Shown piece after piece: positions 56,549 to 64,000 of a stretch of 64,000 bases of DNA (positions are counted from its first letter, which is position 1; every line of letters begins with the position of its first letter). This DNA comes from a virus. Taxonomy: Duplodnaviria; Caudoviricetes. The stretch is taken from positions 40,885-104,884 of IMG/VR virus record IMGVR_UViG_2816332575_000002; one strand, 5' to 3'. The notes beneath the pieces are model-generated. The model searched no databases. It was not told where the DNA came from and was given only the letters and a program-made list of their open reading frames with translations. The position numbers and the translations under genes were made by a program.

Positions 56549-57124
56549 ATGCGCAAGCTCGCCCTCGCCCTGATCCCCGCCGTCCTCGTCACCGCTGCCA
56601 CCACCGAGCAGGCCGCGGCACGAGGAACCAGCTCCACGCGATACCACATGGTCACGACGACGAAGACCACGCTGGCCGCCCGGACCTACACCATCCGCTC
56701 TGGCGACACCCTCAGCAGCATCGCCCAGGACCAGCTCGGTGACGCCTCCAAGTGGCAGGCTCTCTACCGCGACAACCGCGCCACCATCGGCCCCAACCCC
56801 AGCCTGATCTATCCAGGTCAGAAGCTGCGGCTCGCCGTCGGCACGGCTCCGAAGCCCAAGCCCACCCCGCACGAACGTGGCAATTCCACCACCACGTGGG
56901 ACCGCCTCGCCCAGTGCGAATCCGGCGGCAATTGGCACATCAACACCAGCAACGGCTTCTACGGCGGCCTCCAGTTCACCCTCACGACCTGGCGGGCCTT
57001 CGGCGGCACGGGAATGCCGCACAACGCCAGCAAGGCCGAGCAGATCCGAATCGCCGAAAAGGCGCTTCACGGTCAGGGACCGGGCGCCTGGCCCGTCTGC
57101 TCCTACAAGGCAGGTATGCGTTAG
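56549..57124 (+). CDS. rpf: Secreted resuscitation-promoting factor (signal peptide + LysM + Rpf domain)
   Basis: WDRLAQCESGGNWxINTxNGFYGGLQF..TW..QGPGAWPVC; LysM YTIRSGDTLSSIA. Confidence 0.92.
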   Translation: MRKLALALIPAVLVTAATTEQAAARGTSSTRYHMVTTTKTTLAARTYTIRSGDTLSSIAQDQLGDASKWQALYRDNRATIGPNPSLIYPGQKLRLAVGTAPKPKPTPHERGNSTTTWDRLAQCESGGNWHINTSNGFYGGLQFTLTTWRAFGGTGMPHNASKAEQIRIAEKALHGQGPGAWPVCSYKAGMR

Positions 57125-57160
57125 TAGACTCACACCACTGACGGCCGTGGGCTTTCAGCA

Positions 57161-57203
57161 GAGAAGCCAGGTGACCTGGGGCAGACCGGGAGCCTGGCTT
57201 CTC
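57161..57203. terminator. Hairpin after rpf
   Basis: GAGAAGCCAGG...CCTGGCTTCTC. Confidence 0.5.
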
Positions 57204-57277
57204 GCATTCACGCTAACAGCCTTCTCGCGGCAGCACTTAATTTGGGGTCACCATAAAGAAAGACACCAGGAGACCCC

Positions 57278-57793
57278 GTGGCAGAAGAATTCATCCGGCT
57301 GCTGATGTGCAAGGACTGCAAGTCCATCGAGGAGCTACCTGACCACGAGGGAACTCCGCACGAGGACCACCTCCTGGGAAACCTGGTACGCCGCCACCGT
57401 TTCCCGGACGGCAACCCGCATACGGCCCACCCCCTGGTACGCATAGCCAAGAAGAACTGGGGTAACGCCGAACACCGGCAGGCCATCCTCACCAAGCTCA
57501 ACGAGGCCGTCGCCAACGGCGGCTCCGACGGCCTGGGAGCCGAGTTCTACGGACTCAAGGACACCTTCCGCGAAGACGCCTTGTCCTGCTGGAAGAAGCA
57601 CAACCGCACCCTCGACTGCGGGGACTTCCGAAGCAAGCGCGTCATGCTCACCCCCGGCACCGCCACCGAACGCAAGGCCGCCGGCCTCCCCAAGTACCGC
57701 TCCGCCAAGGACCGCTACCTCTGCGATTTCTGCCCGGTCATGAACCGCGTCCGTGCTGACCACTACGACAAGACCGCCGCCAAGGAGAGCTGA
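57278..57793 (+). CDS. Phage Zn-binding hypothetical protein
   Basis: CxxC, H..H, C..H..C, YLCDFCP. Confidence 0.7.
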   Translation: MAEEFIRLLMCKDCKSIEELPDHEGTPHEDHLLGNLVRRHRFPDGNPHTAHPLVRIAKKNWGNAEHRQAILTKLNEAVANGGSDGLGAEFYGLKDTFREDALSCWKKHNRTLDCGDFRSKRVMLTPGTATERKAAGLPKYRSAKDRYLCDFCPVMNRVRADHYDKTAAKES

Positions 57794-58026
57794 TGCCGAA
57801 GCCCAGCATCGGACGCATAGTCCACTACCGGTCTTACGGAACTCCCGGTGGGGAGCACCGACCAGCATGTCGCTTCGCCATCATCACTGAGACCCACGAC
57901 GACGAACGTGCCAGCCTTGTCGTCTTCAACCCCAACGGTCTCTACTTCGACCGCGGCTGCCCCTACGACGAGGCCGGCCAGCTCGGAGGCACCTGGCACT
58001 GGCCCGAGCGCATCAAGGAGAGCTGA
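57793..58026 (+). CDS. Small actinophage hypothetical protein
   Basis: PSIGRIVHY...GTWHWP. Confidence 0.7.
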   Translation: MPKPSIGRIVHYRSYGTPGGEHRPACRFAIITETHDDERASLVVFNPNGLYFDRGCPYDEAGQLGGTWHWPERIKES

Positions 58027-58337
58027 TGCCCACAGCGAAGAAGACCGCGGCCAAGAAGCCGAGCGCGGGGGAGACCGCAGCCAAGGGCGGTAAGTGGACC
58101 GGCGGCACGACCAAAAAGGGCTACGGCTCCGTACGCGATCCCAAGACCGGCAAGGTGACCTACGCCCACCGCCTGGCCGCGGAGAAGAAGCTGGGCCGCA
58201 AGCTGCGCTCGGACGAAACCGTTGACCACAAGAACGGCGACTACACCGACAACCGGCCCAGCAACCTGCGTGTCGTATCCCGAGCCGAAAACACCCGCCT
58301 CCGCCACCAGCGAGACAAGAAGAAGGGCAATAAGTGA
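58026..58337 (+). CDS. HNH endonuclease
   Basis: AHR..VDHKNG..DNRPSNL..N. Confidence 0.85.
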   Translation: MPTAKKTAAKKPSAGETAAKGGKWTGGTTKKGYGSVRDPKTGKVTYAHRLAAEKKLGRKLRSDETVDHKNGDYTDNRPSNLRVVSRAENTRLRHQRDKKKGNK

Positions 58338-58540
58338 GTGCCGCGGAACACATTTTAGGGTTCTGGGTTGGCATAGCCATCTACGAGACGTACCTGCTCA
58401 TCAGCCCTCACTTCGGTGACACCTTCACAGAGCGTTGGGCAGCCTGGAAGGAGAGGCATAGCCGCACGGGAGTGATCATCTTCTACGCTGCGTGTCTCGG
58501 GCTTCCCACAGCCTTACTACTTCGTGCTTTGACCACTTGA
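58334..58540 (+). CDS. Small two-TM protein (two TTA codons)
   Basis: Coupled start; two hydrophobic helices. Confidence 0.55.
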   Translation: MSAAEHILGFWVGIAIYETYLLISPHFGDTFTERWAAWKERHSRTGVIIFYAACLGLPTALLLRALTT

Positions 58541-58591
58541 TCCCACGGCGCTACTAACAGTTCTTCTCGGGCCACTCATAGCTTCAGTCCT

Positions 58592-59572
58592 ATGAGTGGC
58601 CCCAACGCTTTCTACGAACGACTCACTGAGTCCCTCGCCGACATCGCCGACCCGGAGCAGGGTGGCAGCGGGTACTTCTCCGAGCCATCTGACACGCTCG
58701 ACCCGAACCTTTTTGACGGCACGCACATCAGGGCAGACGTACGCGACTGGATTCTCCGCACCCTGAGCGACTTCTTCATGGTCACCCCAGGATTCAACCA
58801 GTGGGCCGAAGTCTGGCTCGCCGGGTCCGGCATCACCTACCAATGGGCAGCCGACCGAGGCAACGGAGACCTTGACGTACTCATCGGTGTCGACTTCCCC
58901 CAGTTCGCTCACTACAACGACCAGTACGCCGGACTCACCTCCGAAGAGGTAGCCAAGCTCGTCAACGAGTCACTGCGCAGCGCGCTATGGCCCACCACGG
59001 CCACCGTCCAGATCGGGACAGGCACCTACGAGGTCACCTTCTACTGGAACTCGGCGCACGGCGTGAAGGACATCAAGGCCATCAACCCCTACGCGGCGTA
59101 CTCCCTCACCCGCGACGAGTGGACCATCGAGCCGCCCAAGTTGCCCACCGATCCCCGCTCCAGTTACCCCGACGAGTACGCCGAAGCAGCAACACGCGAC
59201 GAGCAGCAGGCCAAGCGCCTGCTCGACCGGTACCGCAACCTCTCCAGCAGCCTCTCCGCCCTCGCCAAGGGCAGCCCCGGCTGGATGAACGCCGCGGCCG
59301 AACTGCGCCAGGTCATCGCCGAGGCCACCACCCTCTACGACGGCATCCACCTCGGCCGGCGCCAGGCATTCAGCCCCCAAGGCAGCGGCTACGCCGATTT
59401 CAACAACTACCGGTGGCAGGCCGCCAAGGAACGAGGCACTGCCCAGACACTGCGCCAGCTCAAGGAAGTCGGGGTCACAGCGCAACAGTCCACCGATGTT
59501 GCCCTGTACGGACAGGTCATCGACGACGCCCAGACCGCCCTGCTCAAGGCCGCACTGTGGGGCCGGCGTTGA
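58592..59572 (+). CDS. Pol-beta-superfamily nucleotidyltransferase
   Basis: LAGSG..Y....GDLDVLI; third acidic residue in YEVTFY. Confidence 0.75.
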   Translation: MSGPNAFYERLTESLADIADPEQGGSGYFSEPSDTLDPNLFDGTHIRADVRDWILRTLSDFFMVTPGFNQWAEVWLAGSGITYQWAADRGNGDLDVLIGVDFPQFAHYNDQYAGLTSEEVAKLVNESLRSALWPTTATVQIGTGTYEVTFYWNSAHGVKDIKAINPYAAYSLTRDEWTIEPPKLPTDPRSSYPDEYAEAATRDEQQAKRLLDRYRNLSSSLSALAKGSPGWMNAAAELRQVIAEATTLYDGIHLGRRQAFSPQGSGYADFNNYRWQAAKERGTAQTLRQLKEVGVTAQQSTDVALYGQVIDDAQTALLKAALWGRR

Positions 59573-60060
59573 ACATCGCGATCACCATCGACGGAGTCCT
59601 GCGCAACCGCGAGACCGGTGGCGCCATCAACGCCGGCAAGGCGCTCTACCAGGCTCTTGCCCTCGACCACGCGCTGTACCTCCTCACCGAGGACCGCGAC
59701 CCGCCTGCCACTCAGCAGTGGCTCGCCTTCAACGGCTTCACAGCGCACATGCGGATCGTCAGCCCACCGCAGACCTCAAGAGCTGTAAAGCCGGCCGACG
59801 TGCGCCTGGAGTGCCTCGGACATCTCACCGGCACCGGCATGAAGGTGGACCTGGTCGTCGAGCCTGACCCTGCCGTCAGCGTCAAGCTGCTGGCCCGCGG
59901 CTACCCCGTAGCAACGCTCACGCTGCCGCACTTCGCCAAGCCGGAATGGCGCCCGGACTACCAACAGGGCCTGCGCCCCTGGTCCGAACTGGTCGCAGAG
60001 ACCGAAGCCCAGGCCCACGCTCACGCCACTGATCCCCGCCGCACCGCCGAGCCTCTCTAG
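59569..60060 (+). CDS. HAD-like protein lacking the first Asp
   Basis: TTGA-coupled; IAITIDGVLR, LLT, WL. Confidence 0.6.
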   Translation: MNIAITIDGVLRNRETGGAINAGKALYQALALDHALYLLTEDRDPPATQQWLAFNGFTAHMRIVSPPQTSRAVKPADVRLECLGHLTGTGMKVDLVVEPDPAVSVKLLARGYPVATLTLPHFAKPEWRPDYQQGLRPWSELVAETEAQAHAHATDPRRTAEPL

Positions 60061-60067
60061 GACAGCC

Positions 60068-61351
60068 ATGCACATCTACCAGGCGGGTACCGAATTCCCC
60101 GTCTACCGTCGCCTGCTCACCGCTGAAGGGTGGCTTGACCAGAGCCTGAGCTACTGGGGCCTACGCAAGCGGACCAAGTTCACCAAGCCCTTTCGTATCG
60201 ACGAGCACTTCGACGCCGGCGCACACGTACTGCTTGACTCCGGCACCTACGCCCTCAACAACAGCCCAGGATCGGGGCCGGAGGACGAGGAACTGCCGGG
60301 CATCGCCGACCACTACTACGACCAGGTCGTAGACCCGAACCTGCACCGGATCGACTTCTTCGTGGAGTTCGACGCACTACGCCTCGACCCCACCTACCAG
60401 ATGAAGCGCCTGCCCTGGCTTGAAGAACGGCGCCACAAAGCCGTCATCGTCTGGCACCCCGGACAGGATCTGGACGCCATCTGCGAAGCCTGGCCCAACG
60501 TCGCCGTCCCCAAGGACGCCATCGACGACCACCTCACGCAGCGCCTGGTGCGCCTTGCCAAGGCCGGCGTCCGACTCTTCGGCCTCGGTATCACCAAGCC
60601 CGAGCTGATGCAGAAGGTCCCCTTCCACGCCGTCACCAGTACGAGCTGGCTCTCCCCGTCCCAGTTCGGGGACACCATCTGGTACTCCGGCGGACAGCTA
60701 CGCCGGTACCCGAAGAAGATGAAGGACCGTGCGCGGGCACGACATCGGCAGGAGTTCATCGACGCTGGGTACGACATCGCCCTCGTCGACCAGGACGACA
60801 GCACCGAGGTTCTCCGGCTGTCCCTCCACGCCTGGCGCGCCTTCATGCAGCAGCTCAACGGCAGGGGAGTAACTACTACCCCCGAAACGGCAACTGAGGA
60901 AAACCCGGATCGGGCCCCAGAGCCAGTTGATACCCGTGCTGTTGAGGAGCGGCACGACGGAGTTACTACGCTCGCCGCTTGGTACCAGCCGGCGCCTCCG
61001 GTCATCCGAACCAAAGAGCAGCTCGCCGACGCCGAAGCAACGGTTCTGGAGCTGCAACTCGGCCGCGTCTTCAAACGAGCCCGCGCTGAAGAGTCTTACG
61101 GCGACACCGAGCTGGACCCTGTCCTGTCTGAGGAAATCGACAGGTGGAGCAAGCTCGCGGCCAGCAAGCGCAAGACCGACGAGGCATCCGTCAGCATCTC
61201 CATCAAGGCCAGCCAGAAGGGCGCCGCGGAGACCGGACTCATCTCACGGCTCTTCGGAAGCAATGACGCCCAACCCCAGCGTGCTCTTCCCGCGCCCGCT
61301 GCCGAAGCCACTGACCAGACCATCGTCGACGCTGACGTAATTGAGGACTGA
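60068..61351 (+). CDS. TGT/DpdA-like TIM-barrel protein with helical C-terminus
   Basis: LLDSGTY, VEFD, IVWH, FGLG, STSW. Confidence 0.55.
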   Translation: MHIYQAGTEFPVYRRLLTAEGWLDQSLSYWGLRKRTKFTKPFRIDEHFDAGAHVLLDSGTYALNNSPGSGPEDEELPGIADHYYDQVVDPNLHRIDFFVEFDALRLDPTYQMKRLPWLEERRHKAVIVWHPGQDLDAICEAWPNVAVPKDAIDDHLTQRLVRLAKAGVRLFGLGITKPELMQKVPFHAVTSTSWLSPSQFGDTIWYSGGQLRRYPKKMKDRARARHRQEFIDAGYDIALVDQDDSTEVLRLSLHAWRAFMQQLNGRGVTTTPETATEENPDRAPEPVDTRAVEERHDGVTTLAAWYQPAPPVIRTKEQLADAEATVLELQLGRVFKRARAEESYGDTELDPVLSEEIDRWSKLAASKRKTDEASVSISIKASQKGAAETGLISRLFGSNDAQPQRALPAPAAEATDQTIVDADVIED

Positions 61352-61352
61352 A

Positions 61353-61502
61353 ATGACTACTAACTACTCAGGTGCTGGCGACCACTGGAACCACGGTCAC
61401 GACGACGAGCTGATAGAGAAGCCCTGCCCGAGATGCCGCGGACGCTGGCCCCAGGTTGATGCCTGCGTCGAGTGTGAAGGCGACGGCACCGTCCTGGTAT
61501 GA
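61353..61502 (+). CDS. 49-aa DnaJ-type Zn-finger microprotein
   Basis: GAGGA RBS; CPRCRG...CVECEGDG. Confidence 0.55.
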   Translation: MTTNYSGAGDHWNHGHDDELIEKPCPRCRGRWPQVDACVECEGDGTVLV

Positions 61503-61510
61503 GAAATGAG

Positions 61511-61542
61511 GGGAGAGCCCAGAGGGCGGACTGGGCTCTCCC
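61511..61542. terminator. Hairpin between convergent genes
   Basis: GGGAGAGCCCAG / CTGGGCTCTCCC, 12-bp stem. Confidence 0.65.
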
Positions 61543-61547
61543 AGGGG

Positions 61548-61661
61548 CTACCGACGCTTCCGGTGCTTCCCTTCACCGAGGAACCGTTCGGCGAGCCAGA
61601 CGGCTCCGAGGCCGACAATCGCCGTGGCGGCGCACACGAGTGCAACCCACACCTGAGACAT
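61548..61661 (-). CDS. 37-aa single-TM peptide with basic tail
   Basis: AGGAGG RBS; MSQVWVALVCAATAIVGLGAVWLAERFLGEGKHRKRR. Confidence 0.6.
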   Translation of the reverse strand: MSQVWVALVCAATAIVGLGAVWLAERFLGEGKHRKRR

Positions 61662-61664
61662 GCT

Positions 61665-61712
61665 TCCTCCTGTTTTCGGGCATGAAAAAACCCGTCCCAG
61701 ACTGGGACGGGT
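61665..61712 (-). repeat. Terminator-plus-RBS module, copy 1
   Basis: Hairpin + T6 + CATGCCCGAAAACAGGAGGA on the minus strand. Confidence 0.7.
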
Positions 61713-61733
61713 GGCCGGCCTTCTGCCGACGAC

Positions 61734-62099
61734 CTACTTCGGGCACCCTTCGTGTTCCGCGGTGCAGGCGTGTACCCCGAGCGCGGTGACCCCTCCCGGC
61801 GTCCTGGCCAATACAGCCATGCCAGCGGCCAGCGCCGAAAGTACTCCTGTCGCGCGGGTCTTTCCCTTCGTCGGATACTGGAAAGCGTCGGCCTTGTACG
61901 CGATCACATACGCGGCCCTCTCCGCCATGGGAGCCAGCTCCGCGTCCGACTTTCCTTGCTGCTCGGTTATGAAAAGCGGGATCAGACCGAGCAACCCCAG
62001 CGCGACGTTCTCCCAGAAGTAGTCGCGTTCTACGTCCTCGTCGTAGACGCTCGTGGTGTAACCCACCGGCCCGTGATCTTTCGCCGCTGCTTCGGACAC
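61734..62099 (-). CDS. Actinomycete hypothetical protein
   Basis: AGGAGG RBS before GTG 62099; PGGVTxLGxHxC..HxxC. Confidence 0.65.
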   Translation of the reverse strand: MSEAAAKDHGPVGYTTSVYDEDVERDYFWENVALGLLGLIPLFITEQQGKSDAELAPMAERAAYVIAYKADAFQYPTKGKTRATGVLSALAAGMAVLARTPGGVTALGVHACTAEHEGCPK

Positions 62100-62105
62100 T
62101 GTCTC

Positions 62106-62150
62106 TCCTCCTGTTTTCGGGCGTGAAAAAGGGCCCCGCATCGGGGGCCC
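62106..62150 (-). repeat. Terminator-plus-RBS module, copy 2
   Basis: 24/25 identity to 61665-61689, with a different hairpin. Confidence 0.7.
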
Positions 62151-62216
62151 TAACTGTTTCTTTGTGCGCTCCATAGGCTCGCCTCAGATTCCGAAATCCG
62201 GGGCCGAGGAGGGCGA

Positions 62217-62402
62217 ATGGAAGACCAGGGTATGCCAGAGGTAGTGTCGCTGTCTGCGGTGCGCGAGGGCATCTCGCCAGAAGAGCAAGAGTGCTGGGAC
62301 GGGTTTTGGTCGGTGCTGGGCCGGGCGGCCTACCGCGTCTGGCAAGAAGCAGGCAACCCGGCCGTTGGAAATCAGGAGACTAGTTCGAACGGGTCCGCTT
62401 GA
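62217..62402 (+). CDS. Small protein convergent with the integrase
   Basis: GAGGAGG RBS; 31-bp 3' overlap with the integrase. Confidence 0.45.
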   Translation: MEDQGMPEVVSLSAVREGISPEEQECWDGFWSVLGRAAYRVWQEAGNPAVGNQETSSNGSA

Positions 62403-64000
62403 GCCTGCGCGTCCCACTTCGCGATTATCTCGATTCGGGCTCGATCGCCTCGGCCCGTCGCCTTATACACCTTGATGTGATCGATGACCGTCTTGAGTGC
62501 ATTGCGCTTCTCGTGATTGGTTAGTTTGGGCCATAGGTCCCTCAGGTCGAGGAGAGCCGCGCTGTTCGGTATGCGGTTGCTGGAAATAGACTCGCGGAGA
62601 AGGTCGGCCCGGGACTCTAGGGTGTCTCTGTCGGCTTCGAACTCTTCTTTCTTGTCGGAGTAGGTTTCCGCGTCGATCAAACCTTCCAGCCAGCCGTCGG
62701 CGAGCTTACTCAGCTTCGTTTTTATCTTCGTAAGGTCCGTCTCTATAAGTGTCAGTTTCGATTCCGCGCTGTCTGCTGCTGTCATGCGTTGCAATGCCAA
62801 TTCACCCATGTCGCTAGCCTTCACTCTCTCGTCTAACCACTCGTAAACGAGGCGCTCGACCCTGTCAAGTGAGACCGCGGCGCCTGTGCACGAGCGGTTC
62901 GGGACGTGAGGGCAGCGCATAATCTTTCGGTAGCCGCCCTTAGTGCGCATGAGGCTAGCGGCGACCATCTTGGAGTGACACGCGGTGTTGTCTATGCGTG
63001 TTCCCTGACAGCGAAGGAGTCCAGAAACTGCGTACTTAGGGGCGCGATCATGCCCGCCTTTAGCTTTGCGACGCTTCCTCTTATACGCCTCCCATACCTC
63101 TTCTTCGATGATGGCTTTGTGCTTACCCTTGATCCAGATGTCGAATGACTCTGGTTTGTTGTTCTTGGGCTTGGATTCTCGAAGTTCTTCGCTGCGGGCC
63201 CGGATGTACCCGGCGGCGAAACCGGTATCCATGACCTGAAGCAGCGTGGTTGCCGTGAGGTAGTTCCCTTCGGTGGAACGAATGCCTAGCTTCACGCTGT
63301 CTTTAACTATGGACGCGACAGACTCCTCGGAGTAGTGAAGGTTTAGTTTCTTGTCCTTCAATCCTAGGTAGCGGTAGTACGCCGCTCGGTAGAAAGGCTC
63401 GATGACTGAGTTGGGCTGAAGAATACCTTCGCACGTCTTGCATCGAACAAACGCTCTCGGGTTGTCCTCGCTTCGACGGCAATCAGGGCAGCGGTCGTAT
63501 CCGAACCGCTCACGTCCGTTGTGTGGTCTACCACTCTTGCGACGGCGTTCGTGAGTCTCCTTCCAGCTATCCCCGATGAGGTTTGTTTGTAGCTCGGAGA
63601 TGAGAAGCATTTGGTCGCGGCCGAATTTTCCGGTCGTCGTCTTGGTGTCGAAGTGTTCAGTGGCTGCGAGGAGTTCGCCACCAACTTCTTCGAGAATCCT
63701 GATGTGGCGTTTAGATAGCTCGATGTTGCGGCCAAAGCGAGACCACTTCCAAACGAGCACACACTCAGCTTCTCCAGCTTCTACTCGCTGGATGATGCGC
63801 ATGATTTTGCGCTTGGCGAAGTCGCGGCCGGTCTTATCCAAGTCGTATACGACGTCAACGATGTCGATACCTTGTTGTGTAGCGAATGGCAGGCAAGAGG
63901 CTAGTTGCTGCTGTGGGCTGTAGCCTTCCTCCTTCTCCTGCGAGACGCGGATGTAGACGATCGCGCGCCGCCGGAGGCGGGGCAGTGACTTTCGGGACAT
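62372..64000 (-). CDS. Large serine recombinase (integrase)
   Basis: YIRVS, SRFGR, recombinase domain, GLLRC..C Zn ribbon, coiled coil; lower GC than its neighbours. Confidence 0.93.
   Translation of the reverse strand: MSRKSLPRLRRRAIVYIRVSQEKEEGYSPQQQLASCLPFATQQGIDIVDVVYDLDKTGRDFAKRKIMRIIQRVEAGEAECVLVWKWSRFGRNIELSKRHIRILEEVGGELLAATEHFDTKTTTGKFGRDQMLLISELQTNLIGDSWKETHERRRKSGRPHNGRERFGYDRCPDCRRSEDNPRAFVRCKTCEGILQPNSVIEPFYRAAYYRYLGLKDKKLNLHYSEESVASIVKDSVKLGIRSTEGNYLTATTLLQVMDTGFAAGYIRARSEELRESKPKNNKPESFDIWIKGKHKAIIEEEVWEAYKRKRRKAKGGHDRAPKYAVSGLLRCQGTRIDNTACHSKMVAASLMRTKGGYRKIMRCPHVPNRSCTGAAVSLDRVERLVYEWLDERVKASDMGELALQRMTAADSAESKLTLIETDLTKIKTKLSKLADGWLEGLIDAETYSDKKEEFEADRDTLESRADLLRESISSNRIPNSAALLDLRDLWPKLTNHEKRNALKTVIDHIKVYKATGRGDRARIEIIAKWDAQAQADPFELVS

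Larger units (their letters stand above)
10570..64000. mobile_element. Myophage-type prophage-like element (tail, replication, lysis, serine integrase; no head genes seen; ends undefined)
   Basis: Co-oriented phage tail, replication and lysis genes with an integrase at the right end; att sites not identified. Confidence 0.85.

Noticed and set aside
61665-62130. att core sites
   Set aside because: The repeats are only 441 bp apart and are explained as terminator-RBS modules; no partner at the left junction was found by eye.
1-64000. tRNA/rRNA genes, inteins, introns
   Set aside because: None recognised by eye; PolA, NrdJ, DnaB and RecA have normal lengths. A tRNAscan/Infernal run is needed to exclude RNA genes.

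Overview
High-GC actinomycete DNA, most likely Streptomyces (inferred from codon usage and gene families). Bases 1 to ~10,530 hold an accessory block: two XRE-type regulators, a methyltransferase, an oxidoreductase, an RsbW-like ATPase, a LuxR-type HTH, a zincin and hypotheticals. From ~10,570 to the window end lies a ~53 kb myophage-type prophage-like element. It has neck, contractile tail and baseplate genes (10.6-31.8 kb) and a near-complete replication/recombination module (33.5-51.6 kb: DnaC-like loader, DnaB, primase, SNF2 helicase, SSB, PolA, class II RNR, RecA, resolvases, WhiB, Cas4-like exonuclease). It continues with small late genes, endolysin/holin, an interrupted C5 methyltransferase, a secreted Rpf, a nucleotidyltransferase/HAD-like/TGT-like trio and a large serine integrase. 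No terminase, portal or capsid gene is recognisable in the window. Main signals: the apparently headless architecture, a recurring yTAmcw-N19-nAnnnT promoter-like motif, an in-frame 51-bp stop-containing insertion flanked by 12-bp direct repeats in the methyltransferase, a likely +1 frameshift in the tail chaperone, and a hairpin-dense intergenic region. All calls come from manual motif reading; no database searches were run.
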